Source of the DNA: Octopus vulgaris
Lineage: Eukaryota
NCBI GenBank assembly: GCA_951406725.2
Contig: OX597836.1
Coordinates: forward strand, 27,094,001 to 27,158,000
Length of the DNA stretch: 64,000 nucleotides
Direction: 5' to 3'
The position numbers and the translations under genes are program-made. Shown here in pieces: positions 1 to 13,771 of this stretch; positions within the stretch are counted from its first letter, which is position 1; every line of letters begins with the position of its first letter. The notes under the pieces are model-generated. The model worked only from the letters and a program-made list of their open reading frames with translations. It was not told the origin of the DNA and did no database searches.

Positions 1-37
1 GACAGACATAGAACCAGAACTGAATGGTCTACGGTAC

Positions 38-110
38 CTGGAGACTAAAAGAGATGTAAACACTGATGCTGCCTGAAATACTGCCAACCCCCAGGTAATC
101 GCCGTCATCA
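38..110 (-). CDS. PREB: PREB coding exon 7 (SDDGDYLGVGSISGSISVYISFSLQ)
   Basis: Acceptor tttcatttcag; donor GTACCG; resembles the PREB G-x-G...VAIYIAFSLQ segment. Confidence 0.9.
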
Positions 111-3100
111 CTGAAATGAAACAAAGAAGAATATTAACGAATCATGTGAAGGTGGTGAGCTGGCAGAGTCGTTAGCATGCTGGGCAAAATGCTTAGCGAC
201 ATTTTTTCTGCCCTTATGTTCAGAGTTCAAATTCCACCGATGTCGATTTTGCCTTTCATCCTTTCAGAGTCGATAAAATAAGTACCAGTTACACACTGGG
301 GTCGGTGTAATCGACTCATCCCCCTCCCTCAAAATTGCTGGCCTTGTGCCAAAATGTGAAACCAATATTAATGAATTATGGATCACAGTTGGCCATTAAT
401 AACACCTGACAGGTGTTTAGTGGCAGCCAGAAGCTGGGATGTCTTTATCTATGATTAGTTACTTGGTGAATTCACAAGTTACTTGGCAACATCAAAGATC
501 ATTTGGCAACACCAAAGGTTACTTGGCAATTTAACAGGTTGCTTGTCAACCTTACAAGTTGCTTCTCAAATGCAAAGGTTTCTTAGCAACCTTACAGGTT
601 ACTCAGCTACCACACAGGTTACTTGGCAACTTCACCAGTGCCAGTGTTGTAATAATAGCACCTTGTACCCATATTAAAATGGTTGGCATTAGGATGAGCA
701 ACAAGCCATAGAAAACATGTCAAAGCTGATACTAGAGCTTGTCAAACCATCTAACCCATGCCAGCATGGAAAATGGACGTTAAATGATGATGATGATGAA
801 GTTGTCTGTTATGTCTTCAGGGGTTTTGAATATCTCATCACCAATAATGATATGATGACATTGGGGGGTGCACAAGGGTGTAGGAATAGTATTACCCAAA
901 TAAATACTTGGATATGGTTATCTAGAATAATCTTTTGCAGAATTAATATGTTCACACACAATGTACTCTGGACTACGCCCAATGTAGGTACAATATGAAA
1001 CTAACACAGTAATCTAATACGAATGAGCAATGCTTATCAACTGTATAAACTGTCAACTACCAGCTGTCAGCTGCTCATTGTCAACTGCTCACTGCCAATT
1101 GCCACCCGCCTGCTGTCAACTGCTCAGTCAACTGCCTGCTGTCAACTACTCACTGTCAACTGCCTGCTGTCAACTGCCCACTTTCAACCCAACATTTCTT
1201 TATTTTTCTGAAATGCATTAAGGCCACTTTTGGTCATGTGGAGGTGATCAGAATCCTTCCACAACAATGTCCAACACAGTGTTGGTTTGTTTATATTCCC
1301 ATAACCCAGCAGTTTGTCACAAAGAGACTGACAGAATAAATATTAGACTTAAATAAGTATTGGGGTCAATTCATTCAACTAAAACCTTTCATGGTGGTGC
1401 CCCAGTATGGCCACAGTCCAATGACTGAAACAAGTAAAAGAATAAAAAGAAAATAAGGAGTTCAAGGGGTTTGCAGTGGGAACCACTTTTACAGTTGAGT
1501 GGACTGAGTCAATGACAGTGAGTCCAATGTTTGATGCCAGTGGAAGCATTTGAACCATAAACCATTTGATTACTGTTTAACCCTAAGTTGGCTCTCATCA
1601 GGCAGACCTATAATCAAACATGTTTCAGCCATGACCATCCTGCCTTTTCGTTTCTGGAATAATGTACAGCAGACTAAATTAGCCAATGTGTTCTGTTTCT
1701 ATGAGAAGGTGTGGTTTGAAGGAGATTTAGCTTCTATTTTTAGCAAGTCAAATGCTCCCAAGATGGTTCATAACTGTACAAATTTATCAATCATGCTTTC
1801 ATATCCCTCAACATTATACTCCACTCAGTTGAGGGGACTTTGTCTCGTGGGTCCTTGGTGACCTCACTAGGGCTGGTGCCATGAAAAAAAAAAACTCCCT
1901 GTAAACTCTCTGCAGTGGTTGGCATCAGGAAGGGCATCCAGCTGTAGAAACCATGCAAGAACACACACAGGAGCTTGGCACAACCCTCTAGCTTGTCTGT
2001 TGAGGTGTCCAACCAATGCCAGCATGGAAAAGAAGAATACTAACTGATAATGATGATGATAATGATGATGATATTGGTGTTTTGGAATAAACCTTACAAA
2101 AGGTGGGTTGTTTGTTTTGGATGAAAGTATGAGCTGAATTTTTTACTTGCAGAAATTGTTACCATTCTTGAGATTTGGGTCAAGATTATAATTAAATTAC
2201 TAATTTATTATAATTAAAAATAACTGCAATTAAAAAAAAGGTTAATAATAATAATAATAATTCTTTCTAATTTTTGGCACAAGGCCAGCAAAGTTGTGTG
2301 GAGAGGATAAGTCGATTACATCAACCCCTGCGTTCAACTGGTATTTTATTTTATCAATTTCTGAAAGAATGACAGGCTAAGTCAACTTTGGCAGAATTTG
2401 AACAGAGAAGATAAAGCTAGTAGAAATGTTTAAGGTTGTTAGTAACAATGATCATAATTAAAATATTCTAACAAATAATGGTTTGTAGGGTAGGTGTGAG
2501 AGGCTGGACCTGGCCAGTTTCAACATGAAACAGGGTGAATAATTTGGCCGGATTTGGTCAGTTTAAATGCTAAAGGGTTAATGTAGTTCTCAGGGAGATC
2601 CAGCATGATGCAGAATGTGAGAAGGCTGGTTCTTTTGAATTACAGGTATGACTCATTTTTGTCACATTAATATTCTGGTTAATGATATTTATAATGTAAA
2701 TGAGATTCTAATCAATAATGATCATTAATCAGTAAGAAACAAGATACTGATGACATTTGCAGAAACAAGATACTGATGACATTTATACCTAGCAAAGCAC
2801 CACCTGTGTTCCTCACCTGTGCTCCAACATGCAATTTTACATTACACATCTTAACACATCATACAATATTTCTTCCTTCCCTTAAATCTCCCACATGTCT
2901 TGCTACCATGTAGTATCATGCTAATTCACTTTTCATCCAGAAAGTGTAAACCCTATGTTGCCAACAGTGATAACGCGTGTGCTGTTGGTGATTTCTTCTT
3001 CTTCTCATTCTTTCGACTTTTCTTTTTCTCCTTTCTGACGAAGAGCTATGCTCGAAAAGTTAAACTCTCTCCTGTCACTGAGCGTCAATCAAATACACTT

Positions 3101-3167
3101 CCTGTGCACATCCTCAAACTTATTGTTTTCCTTTTTTTTAATATTCTATTCATTTATTTGAATTGAC

Positions 3168-3202
<35 letters not shown>

Positions 3203-6200
3203 ATAAGTACATGGGATTCTTTCAGTTTCCGTCTACCAAATCCACTCACAAGGCTATGGTTGGCCTGGAGTTATAGTAGAAAACAGTTGCCTGAGATGCC
3301 ATGCAGTGAGACTGAACCTGGAACCATGTGGTAGGGAAGCAAACTTCTTATGGCACAGCTATGCCTGCACCTGTATGTACATGTATAATGCATATTTTGT
3401 CAGTGTCATGCGAATGGCAAGGGTAGCCAGTGGCACATAAAAAGCATCCATTACACTCCTGGAGTGGTTGGCGCTAAGAAGGACATTCAGCCATAGAAAC
3501 CTTGCCAAATCAGATTGGAATCTGGTGCAGCCCTCTGTCTCACCAGTTCCAGTCAAATCATTTAACCCATGCCAGCATGGAAAGTGGATGTTAAGTGATG
3601 ATGATGATGACGATGATGATACATTTTTCCTTACACAAATTAGAATTCGAAGCAGTGACAGGTGATGAAGACCTTTGGCGATATATCATGGTTGGGTAGA
3701 CCTGTCAAGCCAAGCGAGACCGTAGTCATGGCTGATGCCAGTGTCAATGGCACTGTGTGGGTGGCGTGTAAAAAAACACCCACTACACTCTTGGAGTGGT
3801 TGGCATTATGAAGGGCATCCAGCCATAGAGATCTTGCCAAATCAGAATGGAATCTGGTGTGGCTTCCTGACTTACTAGTTCTAGTCAAACCGTCTAACCC
3901 AGTGCTTCCCAACGATTTTGCACTTGCGACCCCTTACCCAAAAGCTTGAAACCCACGCAAACCCCTACAATCAGCAGAGCATAAAAAATGTAATTGATGA
4001 GTTGAAATTAATATCATCCCAAGCTGCTTCTAGCAAGGCTACACAATCCCCCTGCCAAGGCTTTGCAACTCCCCAGGGGGTCAGGAACCACTGGTTGAGA
4101 ACCCCTGGTCTAACCCACGCAGTATCGAAAGCGGATGTTAAATAATGCAGAAACATAAGCATTACATTTGACAGAGAAATGTGAATGCTGAAGGGTTTAA
4201 CTATAAAACATCAAAAGAAACGGCAAATGCACAAAGAAGGCCAATTCCTTCCCTCCACTCCCACCCCACCAATTCTTTCCAATACCAATTGACAAAAGAC
4301 ACAGGGAATCTCTTACCTGACTGAAAGAGCTGATAAAACCTCGGTCCCCGTCTTCTTTATTTTGGCGCTGAACTCGGTGCCATCCCACTTGGCAATGTAG
4401 CAAGGAATTGGTTTGATGGCTCTCCGACTCGGGATGTTTAATGTGTAAAGGTTGTATTTGTTTTTATTTCCCTCGACACAACCAAATCTGAATGGACAAA
4501 GAAGAAAACAACAGTTAGAAACATTACTCTTTTGGTAGAATAATTAGTTGGTGGCCAACTGTGAGAGAAGGAGGCTGGGTGGATTAGTGTGTGTGTGTTT
4601 GTGTGTGGCTTGCAGATTTCTGTGTGAGTGTGTATACCTACTATATTAGAGTGTGTGTGTAGCTAGTATATTAGTGTGCGTGTGTTTGTGTGTGGCTTGT
4701 AGATTTCTGTGTGAGTGTGTATACCTACTATATTAGTGTGTGTGTGTGTTTGTCTGTGTCTGACTTGTGGATTAGTTTGTTTGTGTGTGTGTGTGTGTAT
4801 ACCTACTATACTAGTATTTGTGCGTGTGTGTGTGTGTAGCTAGTATATTAGTGTGTGTGTGTGTGTTTGTGTGTGGCTTGTAGATTAGGTTGTGTGTGTG
4901 TGTGTGTATACCTTACTACATTAGTGTCTGTATGTGTGTATGTATAGCTAGTATATTAGTGTGTGTGAGTGTGTGTGTGTGCAGCTTGTAGATTAGTTTG
5001 TGTGTGTATGTGTGTGTGTGTGTGGTGTGTATACCTACTATACTAGTGAGTGTGTGTGTGTGTGGGGCTTGTAGATTAGTTTGTGTGTGTGTGTGTGTGT
5101 ATGTATACCTACTACATTAGTGTCTGTGTGTGTGTATATAGCTAGTATATTAGTGTGTGTGTGTGTGTGTTTGTCTGTGTGCAGCTGGCAGATTAGTTTG
5201 CGTGTGTGTGTGTATGTATACCTACTATATTAGTGTCTGTGTGTGTGTATAGCTAATATATTAATGAGTGAGTGAGTGTGTGTGTGTGTGTGTGTTTGTC
5301 TGTGTATGGCTTGTAGATTAGTTTGGGTGTGTATAGTTAGTATATTAGCGTGTATGTGTGTGTGAAGGGGGGAAGCTGATAGATTAGCATTTATATCTGG
5401 TATATTAGTCTGTGGCTGGTAGGTAAATGTATATATGGTAGACTGATGTGTGTGTATGTACACATTTTTAGAATACTGTAAAATAATCACACACAGACAT
5501 ATACATACACACACACAAACACACACATATATATATATATAAGTACATACACACACAGACATATACATACACATGTACATATACACACATTTTCATGTTG
5601 CAAATGTCATGCACAACAACTGAAAGGGAAAAGACAACATAGAAGGGACAAGTTTTAACCTGTAAGCCAGGTAGGAATATAGATACACACACACACACAC
5701 ACATGTGCGCATGCACACACACACACACATGTGCACACACACACACAGAGGCTTCTTTCAGTTGTCACTTTCCAAATCCTCTCACAAGACCTTGGTCAGT
5801 CCTGGGGTTTAGAATAAGACTTTCGTCCAAGGTGCCACACAGTGGGACTGAAACCAGAACCATGTGGTTTGGAAGCAAACTACTCACCCCCACCCCACTG
5901 CTATCTTTGCCTATGAAACAACAAAACCAAAAATAACAACATTCTGCCATACTTACTCACAACATCGAAACCTATACTGCTCTTTGGTCTTGCAAGGCCA
6001 GTTTAATTTCGTGTGTTTTTTACCAGTTTTTGCATTCCATACGATTCCTAAATTGTCTTTGGACACTGTCACAACCTAAACAGCAAAAATAAATAGTCTT
6101 ATGTGTAAAACATTGATTAATTAATTATTCATAGTTAAGGAAAGGAAAAGAGAGTCGTGTCACAACATCTTTTCAGTCAAGCCCTGGGGGTGTCAATGTA

Positions 6201-7395
6201 ATCAATTAGTCCCCTCTCTTGAAATTTCAGGCCTTGTGCCTATACTAGAAAGGGTTATTATCTTTCTCTATATATAAATGGCAAAATGTCTGTGTGTGTG
6301 TCCTTTATACAAATCCACAATTTTTCAGTTAGAGGGCTTGCACTTTCTATGGTCATTCAAAACCATCCAAGGGTGGTCGTGCACATCTTTACATTTCCCC
6401 AGTCACCCAGCAAAGCTATTAAAAAATCAATAGAAGTGACTTTCTTGTGAATTTTCTATCCAATACCCAATCAAAATGCCCGAAACTTGATATGCCAATT
6501 GAATGCCAGCTAGCTGTATGTGATTGGTCAGAGATTTGGATAGTACTCATGTGTATGTGTGCACGCATGCAGCTGTATATGCATGCACTAGCACTATGAC
6601 CTGGTGTTGCTGGGTCATAGTGCTAGTTATCTATAATAACAGAAGCAAAATTCTGTCTGTCCATCTGGGACCCCTGTATCTCAGTCTATATTTGCTCTAC
6701 ATAGACATATTATACCTTTTTGGAATCAGGATGACTCCACAGATTGAAAATCTGCCCTTCATTTGGTTCTGGAACATCCAGCATTGGGATCTGATTTAAA
6801 AGCATTTGGGTCACTATTTCTAGCAAGTAAAGCTTGACTGATTCATCCAATTTTACTTGGCATTTGTCAGATGACATCAGAGATCAAGGGGGAGATAAAT
6901 AACATTCACTTCATTACTCTTACGTCCAGATAAGAACTTTAGGACAAATAGGCCAACAGTTGGAATCCAACTTGGGACTGGAACAATAGAATGATTGCAT
7001 TACAGAATTAATTCTCATCTTTCCTTAACCTCTGAGCAAACCCCACCGGAGCACATAGTCATTATAGATGTATTATAGTCATGCTACTTAGCTTTTCTTA
7101 GTTTGGAGCCAAAGGCCCAATTAACGCTCGGCTTAAAAGTTCACACGGAGTGTGGCTTTTAAGCTAATTATTACTATATTAAAGTGGCAAGCAGGCAGAA
7201 TCGTTAGCATGCCAGGCAGAATGTTTGGCGGCATTTCGTCCATCTCTACATTCTGATTTCAAATTCCATCAAGGACAACTTTGCCTTTATCCTTTCGGGG
7301 CCAATTCAAAATAAGCACCCGTTGAACACCGAGGTGGATGTAACCACCTTAGCCCCTCCCTTGAAATTGCTGGCCCTGTGCCTTTAGTAGAAAAG

Positions 7396-7427
<32 letters not shown>

Positions 7428-8183
7428 TACTAATAACAATACCAACAACAATAATACCATTAGTACACGGTTTTCCAAAGAGAAAGAATCCAACATTTAT
7501 TTAGTGTTACTTACCCACTTCCCTGAAGGACTAACGGCCAAGTCATCTATGTCTGACGAGTGGGCGCTGACTTCAAAGATTTTTTTTGATTCCTGATGCT
7601 GCAATGACAAATACAGACATGAGTAAAATATTAACCTCTCTCCACCACCACCATCACCTCTCTTCAGCTTCTTACTCTTTCTCTCTCTCTCTTCTCTTTC
7701 TCCCTGTCAGCTCCATCCTGGTGCCTGTGACATACATACTCCCTCTGGATGGGATGCTAGCCTGTCATAGGACATACTCGTTTTTGCCAGCTGGAGCAAC
7801 ATGAAATGAAGTGTTTTGCTCAAGAATACAATGCATCACCTAGTGCAGGAATTGAAACTGCAATCTTATCATCATGAGTCCAACACCCTAGCCACATCAG
7901 TTTCTTTCGTTTTATCAAAGTAGTTTGACTTCCTCATAATCTCCTTCTTTCTTTCTTTCTTTCTTTCTAACATGCATGATAAAGTATATCTGTGTATAAA
8001 GATACATGTGCATATAAACAGGCACAGGCGTGGCTGGGTGGTAAGAAGTTTGCTTCCCAACCACATAGTTCTGGGATCAGTTCCACTGCGTGGCACTGTG
8101 GGCAAGTGTCTTCTGTTATAGCCCTTGAGGTCAACCAAAGTCTTGTGAGTGGATTTGGTAGACAGAAACTGAGAGAAGCCCAT

Positions 8184-8239
<56 letters not shown>

Positions 8240-10703
8240 AGATAGATAGATAGATAGATAGATGATAGATTGATTGATTGATTGATAGATAGATAGACAG
8301 ACAGACACAGACATAGATAAATAGATAGATAGATAGATAGATAGATATAGATTGATTGATTGATAGATAGATAGACAGACACAGACATGGATAGAGATAG
8401 ATAGATAAATAGATATATAGATAGATATAGACAGAGATAGACAGATGGAGAAATAGACAGATATGCATATACATTATCTATACCCATATATATCTCTACA
8501 CACACATATATTTATGCACGTGTCTGTATTTACGTTTATACTGTTATGTACTATTACATCCCATCATGTCCTGCTCCTTAGTGGTTCAACAAACAGCCTT
8601 TGATAAAATTAAGTATTAGAGTGAATTAAGTAGATGGGTCAAAGCCACTGGCTAAAACCCTTGCAAGCATTGCTCCAGAATGGCCACAACATAATGAGCA
8701 AACTATTAAAAGAAGAAAACGGCTTATGAAGTTATCCTTACCATCCAACATCTCAAAATGCCATTATCGGAACCTGTGTAGAGTAGATTACCATCTGGAC
8801 TAAATTTCACCACTTTCTGGAAATGATCCGAAACTTTGGCAGAGTTCTGGAATTTGCTGATCTTCTCAATGTCAAAATTTACCATTTTCTGTGGCCCATT
8901 CTTTACGGGTTCTTCTTTGTTGTCAGTCTGTTTTGTCCGCCGCTGTCTAACATCATTTGTGCTGGATTCTAAATAATCAAATTAACACTTTAATTAACGC
9001 AGTGATAAACACGTGAGATAATTAAGTAAGAGGATAGGAAGGTAAGTAGGAAGATACATGAATAGACAAATGCAAAGATGGACAGGTAGAATTATAACAG
9101 AGATAGGTATATATACATATATATATATGTGTGTGTGTGCATGGCTCAGTGGTTAGAGTGTCAGGCTAAAGATCATGAGGTAGTGAGTTCAATTCCTGGA
9201 CTGGGCTGTGTTCTCGTGCAAGGCATTCTTTTTATTTTTATACTTTTATTTGTTTCAGTCATTTGACTGCGGGCATGCTGGAGCACCGCCTTTAGTCGAG
9301 CAAATCGACCCCAGGACTTATTCTTTGTAAGCCAAGAACTTATTCTATTGGCCTCTCTTGCTGAACTGCTAAGTAACAAGGATGTAAAAACACCAGCATC
9401 AGTTGTCAAGCAATGTTGGGGGGGACACAGACACACAAACATACATATATATACATATATACGACGGGCTTCTTTCAGTTTCCGTCTACCAAATCCACTC
9501 ACAAGGCTTTGGTCAGCCCAAGGCTATAGTAGAAGACACTTGCCCAAGGTGCCACGCAGTGGAACTGAACCCAGAACGATGTGGTTGGTAAGCAAGCTAC
9601 TTACTGCACAGCCACTCCTGCACCTATAAGACACTTTATTTCACATTGCTCCGGTTCACTCAGCTATAGATATGAGTTGCGATGTTTCTGGTGCCAAGCT
9701 GTATCATGTTCCTTTGCCTTTCCCTTGGATATAACATCAGTGGTGTGGAGAGGAGAGGCTGGTATGCAGGGGTGACTACTGCTCTTCCATAAACAACCTT
9801 GCCTGGTCTTGTGCCTCGGAGGGAAACTTTCTCACTGCAATCCCATGGTCATTCATGACCAAAGCGGGGGGTGTGGGTGCTATTTTTTTACATACATAAA
9901 CACACACTTGAAGTGATTGTCATTAGGAAGGGCATCCAGCTGTAGAAACATTGCCAGATCAGATTGGTGCCTGATGCAGCCACTGGCTTTCCAGACCTCA
10001 GTCAAACCTTCCAACCCATATTAAACGACATTGATAATATATATATATATTTATATATACACACACACACACAGATACGTGGGTGGGTGGGTGGGTGCAT
10101 GTTTAGACAGGTGATACATAGAAACCTACACATAAAAAAGAAAAGAAAAGAGATATGACAGAATCAATATAACCTTTCTTTGTATCTTCTTTTGCTGCCA
10201 CAACCTTGTACCTGATAGAAAAAACTTGACAATCATCATCAAGACCAACTGCTAACTTGTGGTTCCTGCCATCTGAACAGATGGCACTGTTCATCACAGC
10301 CTGGCTTCCTGTGTCATGGTAGGACAAACTGCTTGACTTGATGTTACCCTCATCCCATTTCACAGCATAGATCTCCTAGAAAATAAGATATTAACACGTT
10401 TATATATTTGTTTTGCATGGTTTTCGATGGGAAATTGAGTGTTGAAACAGACATGGTTATATTTGCAGATAGTCATTCTGCAACTAAGCACACACACTAT
10501 TCAATCTTCACTTTAGATGATGATGATGATGGTTGTTGTCGTTGTCATAGCTGTGTGGTAAGTAGCTTGCTTAGCAACCACATGGTTCTGGGTCCAGTCC
10601 CACTGCGTGGCACCTTGGGCAAGTGTCTTCTACTATAGCCTCGGGACGACCAAAGCCTTGTGAGTGGATTTGGTAGACAGAAACTGAAAGAAGCCTGTTG
10701 TAA

Positions 10704-10747
<44 letters not shown>

Positions 10748-13712
10748 ATATGTTTGTGTGTTTGTGTTTGTCCCCTTAACATCGCTTGACAACTGACGCT
10801 GGCATGTTTATGTCTCCGTAAATTAGTGGTTCGGCGAAAGAGACCGATAGAATAAGTACTAGGCTTACAAAGATTAAGTCCTGGGGTCGATTTGCTCGAC
10901 TAAAAGGCGGTGCTCCAGCATGGCCACAGTCAAATGACTGAAACATGTAAAAGAATAATTCCACATCAAATTTTTATATTTTTAATAATATTTCCAATAA
11001 TATTCAATATTTAATATTTCCCCTCAAAATGTCATTCCAGTGCATTCTTCATGTCAGGAGAACATCGCCGAAACAAGAGGAGAAGTTTCTCCATTTTTAA
11101 TGCTCAATTTGCCGTCCTTGCATGGGTCTTCTCCAGCCCCACACGTCACCAATTCTCACAGTCCTTTGATATTTTCTTCTTCATTAGGCACATCTTTGGA
11201 ATGGTCTTCACCACTTGGTTCCAAATCTTCTGTGGTCTCCCTCTTCCTGGTAACATCTATTTTGGGCACTCAGCACTTCTCTATACAGGTTTCACCCAAA
11301 GGTGCATGGCTAAGTGGTTTGGGTATTCAGCTCACGATTGTGAGGTCGTGAGTTCAATTCCTGGTGGCACTTTGTGACCTTGGACAAGGCACTTTATTTC
11401 ACATTCCTCCAGTCCACTCAGCTGGTAAAAATGAGTTGTACCTGCATTTCAAAGGGGTCAGTCTTGTGACACTGTGTGTCACTCTGAATCTGCCTGAGAA
11501 CTAGATTAAGGGCACATATGTCTGTGGAGTGCCCAGCCACTTGCTCATTAATTTCATGAGCAGGCTGTTCCGTTGATCAGATCAACTGTGGAACCCTCGT
11601 CATCATAACCAACAGAGTGCCAGCTCATGCCTCTACCAGTATAGTCTTCTCTCTTTTCAAGTTATATATTGATTTCTCTTATTTCTCAGCGATGGACCCA
11701 GTGGGAGAGGTCAGGCTGAGAGGCACGTGTTCCCCTCAAGAAAAGAAGTGCATCCTTCTAAATAATCTTATTATGCTTTTTTCTCCTGGAATTGTATAGC
11801 CTTCTGACTTTGAGCCCTCCCTTCAGAAAAATTCCTGGGACCACACCTGTGTCTGATTTCTATTTTAGCTTATTTCTTCTCTGTAGTTCACATGCGAACT
11901 GGAAGTCAGAATTATTCTACGTAGTCAAAGAGGCAAAATTCAGCACCTGCGGATTTATCTAGAGAAAAGATTTAGGAAACTATCGTAAAGTGGTTATTAA
12001 GGCAAATATTAAAATATATATGTAAAATTAGCATTATAAAAAAACTCTAAATTATAAATAACAATAAGAGAATGATATAAAGAAACTTCAGAAGAAACAA
12101 GGATTTTCAAATGAAACTATCTGATGAATTTAAAATGCTAAAGGAAAGGGAGAGAGAGAGAGGGGTAAGGAAAGCGGATAAAGATTGGAGTAGGTAGGTG
12201 GATAGGTAGATAAGGAGGGTGGGGTTGGATGGAGATGGATTTAGAAAGATTACGCACAGAAAATAATGAACATTGCAGTGATGATTACAGAGGGACTGGT
12301 AACGATGCCAAACAAATGGAGAAAAGAGAAGTGGTAGAATTACATGAGAAAAGTCAAAATTAGGATAGTTAGAAAACAGGATTTTCAAATAAAACTATCC
12401 AATAAATTTGATGTGCTAAAGGAGAAAGAGAGAGAAAGAGAGAGAGAGAGGCAGACAAATAAAGAAAGAGGATAAAGTCATAGAAGTAAGTAGGGGGGGG
12501 GAGGGAGGGAGATGGATTTAGAAAGATTATGCACAGGCGCAGGAGTGGCTGGGTGGTAAGTAGCTTGCTAACCAACCACATGGTTCCGGGTTCAGTCCCA
12601 CTGTGTGGCATCTTGGGCAAGTGTCTTCTGCTATAGCCCCGGGCCGACCAATGCCTTGTGAGTGGATTTGGTAGACGGAAACTGAAAGAAGCCTGTCGTA
12701 TATATATATGTATATATATATATATGTATGTGTGTCTGTGTTTGTCCCCCTAGCATTGCTTGACAGCTGATGCTGGTGTGTTTACGTCCCCGTCACTTAG
12801 CGGTTCGGCAAAAGAGACTGATAGAATAAGTACTGGGCCTACAAAGAATAAGTCCCTGGGTCGATTTGCTCGACTAAAGGCGGTGCTCCAGCATGGCCGC
12901 AGTCAAATGACTGAAACAAGTAAAAAGAGAAAGAAAAAAAAAAAGAGATTAAATAATAAATGCTACTATGATGATTAGAGCTGGTTTGGTAACAATTCCA
13001 AGAAACACTCAAAAGGAACTCAGCCACTTTGCCTCCATGAGGCCCAACACTCAAAAGGAACTCAGCCACTCTGCGTACATAAATCAGAATTAAGTCCCTA
13101 GACCTATGAGGTCGTCAGGCATACCAATGTACTGGATCCTTTAGTGTTTATGTATTGACAATAAGCTCCAGCATAAATAGTTCAAATTTGGGGCCCTAAC
13201 CCTGTGAATCTTCTGGGGAAATTGGTGCACTGAGCCCTACAGTTTTTGATTATTGACAATAAAGCTCATGCATACATACATACATACACACATATATGAA
13301 CATGTCTAGATATGCAACTAAACATATATGTTGCATGTCATACGTAAAGCAAAATGCAGAAATCTGCATGTATAGATAGATACATACAGACATACAAAAA
13401 TACCCTGTTGTTGATGTTGAAATTCCAATGAAGGAGCCTTGGATCTAAGTTAGAAACCAATTCTTTCTGTATTGGCAAGAAATCTTGAAATAAAACTAAA
13501 TAATAACCTGCTTATATAACTTACATAATGTACATGCATGCATACATACATGCATGCATGCATACATACATGCATGTATACAAACAAACAAAAATACCCT
13601 GTTGTTGGTGTTGAAATTCCAATGAAGGAGCCTTGGATCTAGGTTAGAAACCAGCTCTTTCTCTATTGGCAAGAAATCTTTAAATAAAACTGAATAATGA
13701 CATGCTTACATA

Positions 13713-13771
<59 letters not shown>

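Noticed and set aside
9173-9629. Recurrent ORFs such as ...[13 protein letters not shown]... and ...[14 protein letters not shown]...
   Set aside because: Chance translations of SINE B repeated across the window.
11040-11377. Two plus-strand ORFs of about 105 aa
   Set aside because: Antisense of a decayed RTE C-terminus (GRGRPQKIW) fused to a SINE head.
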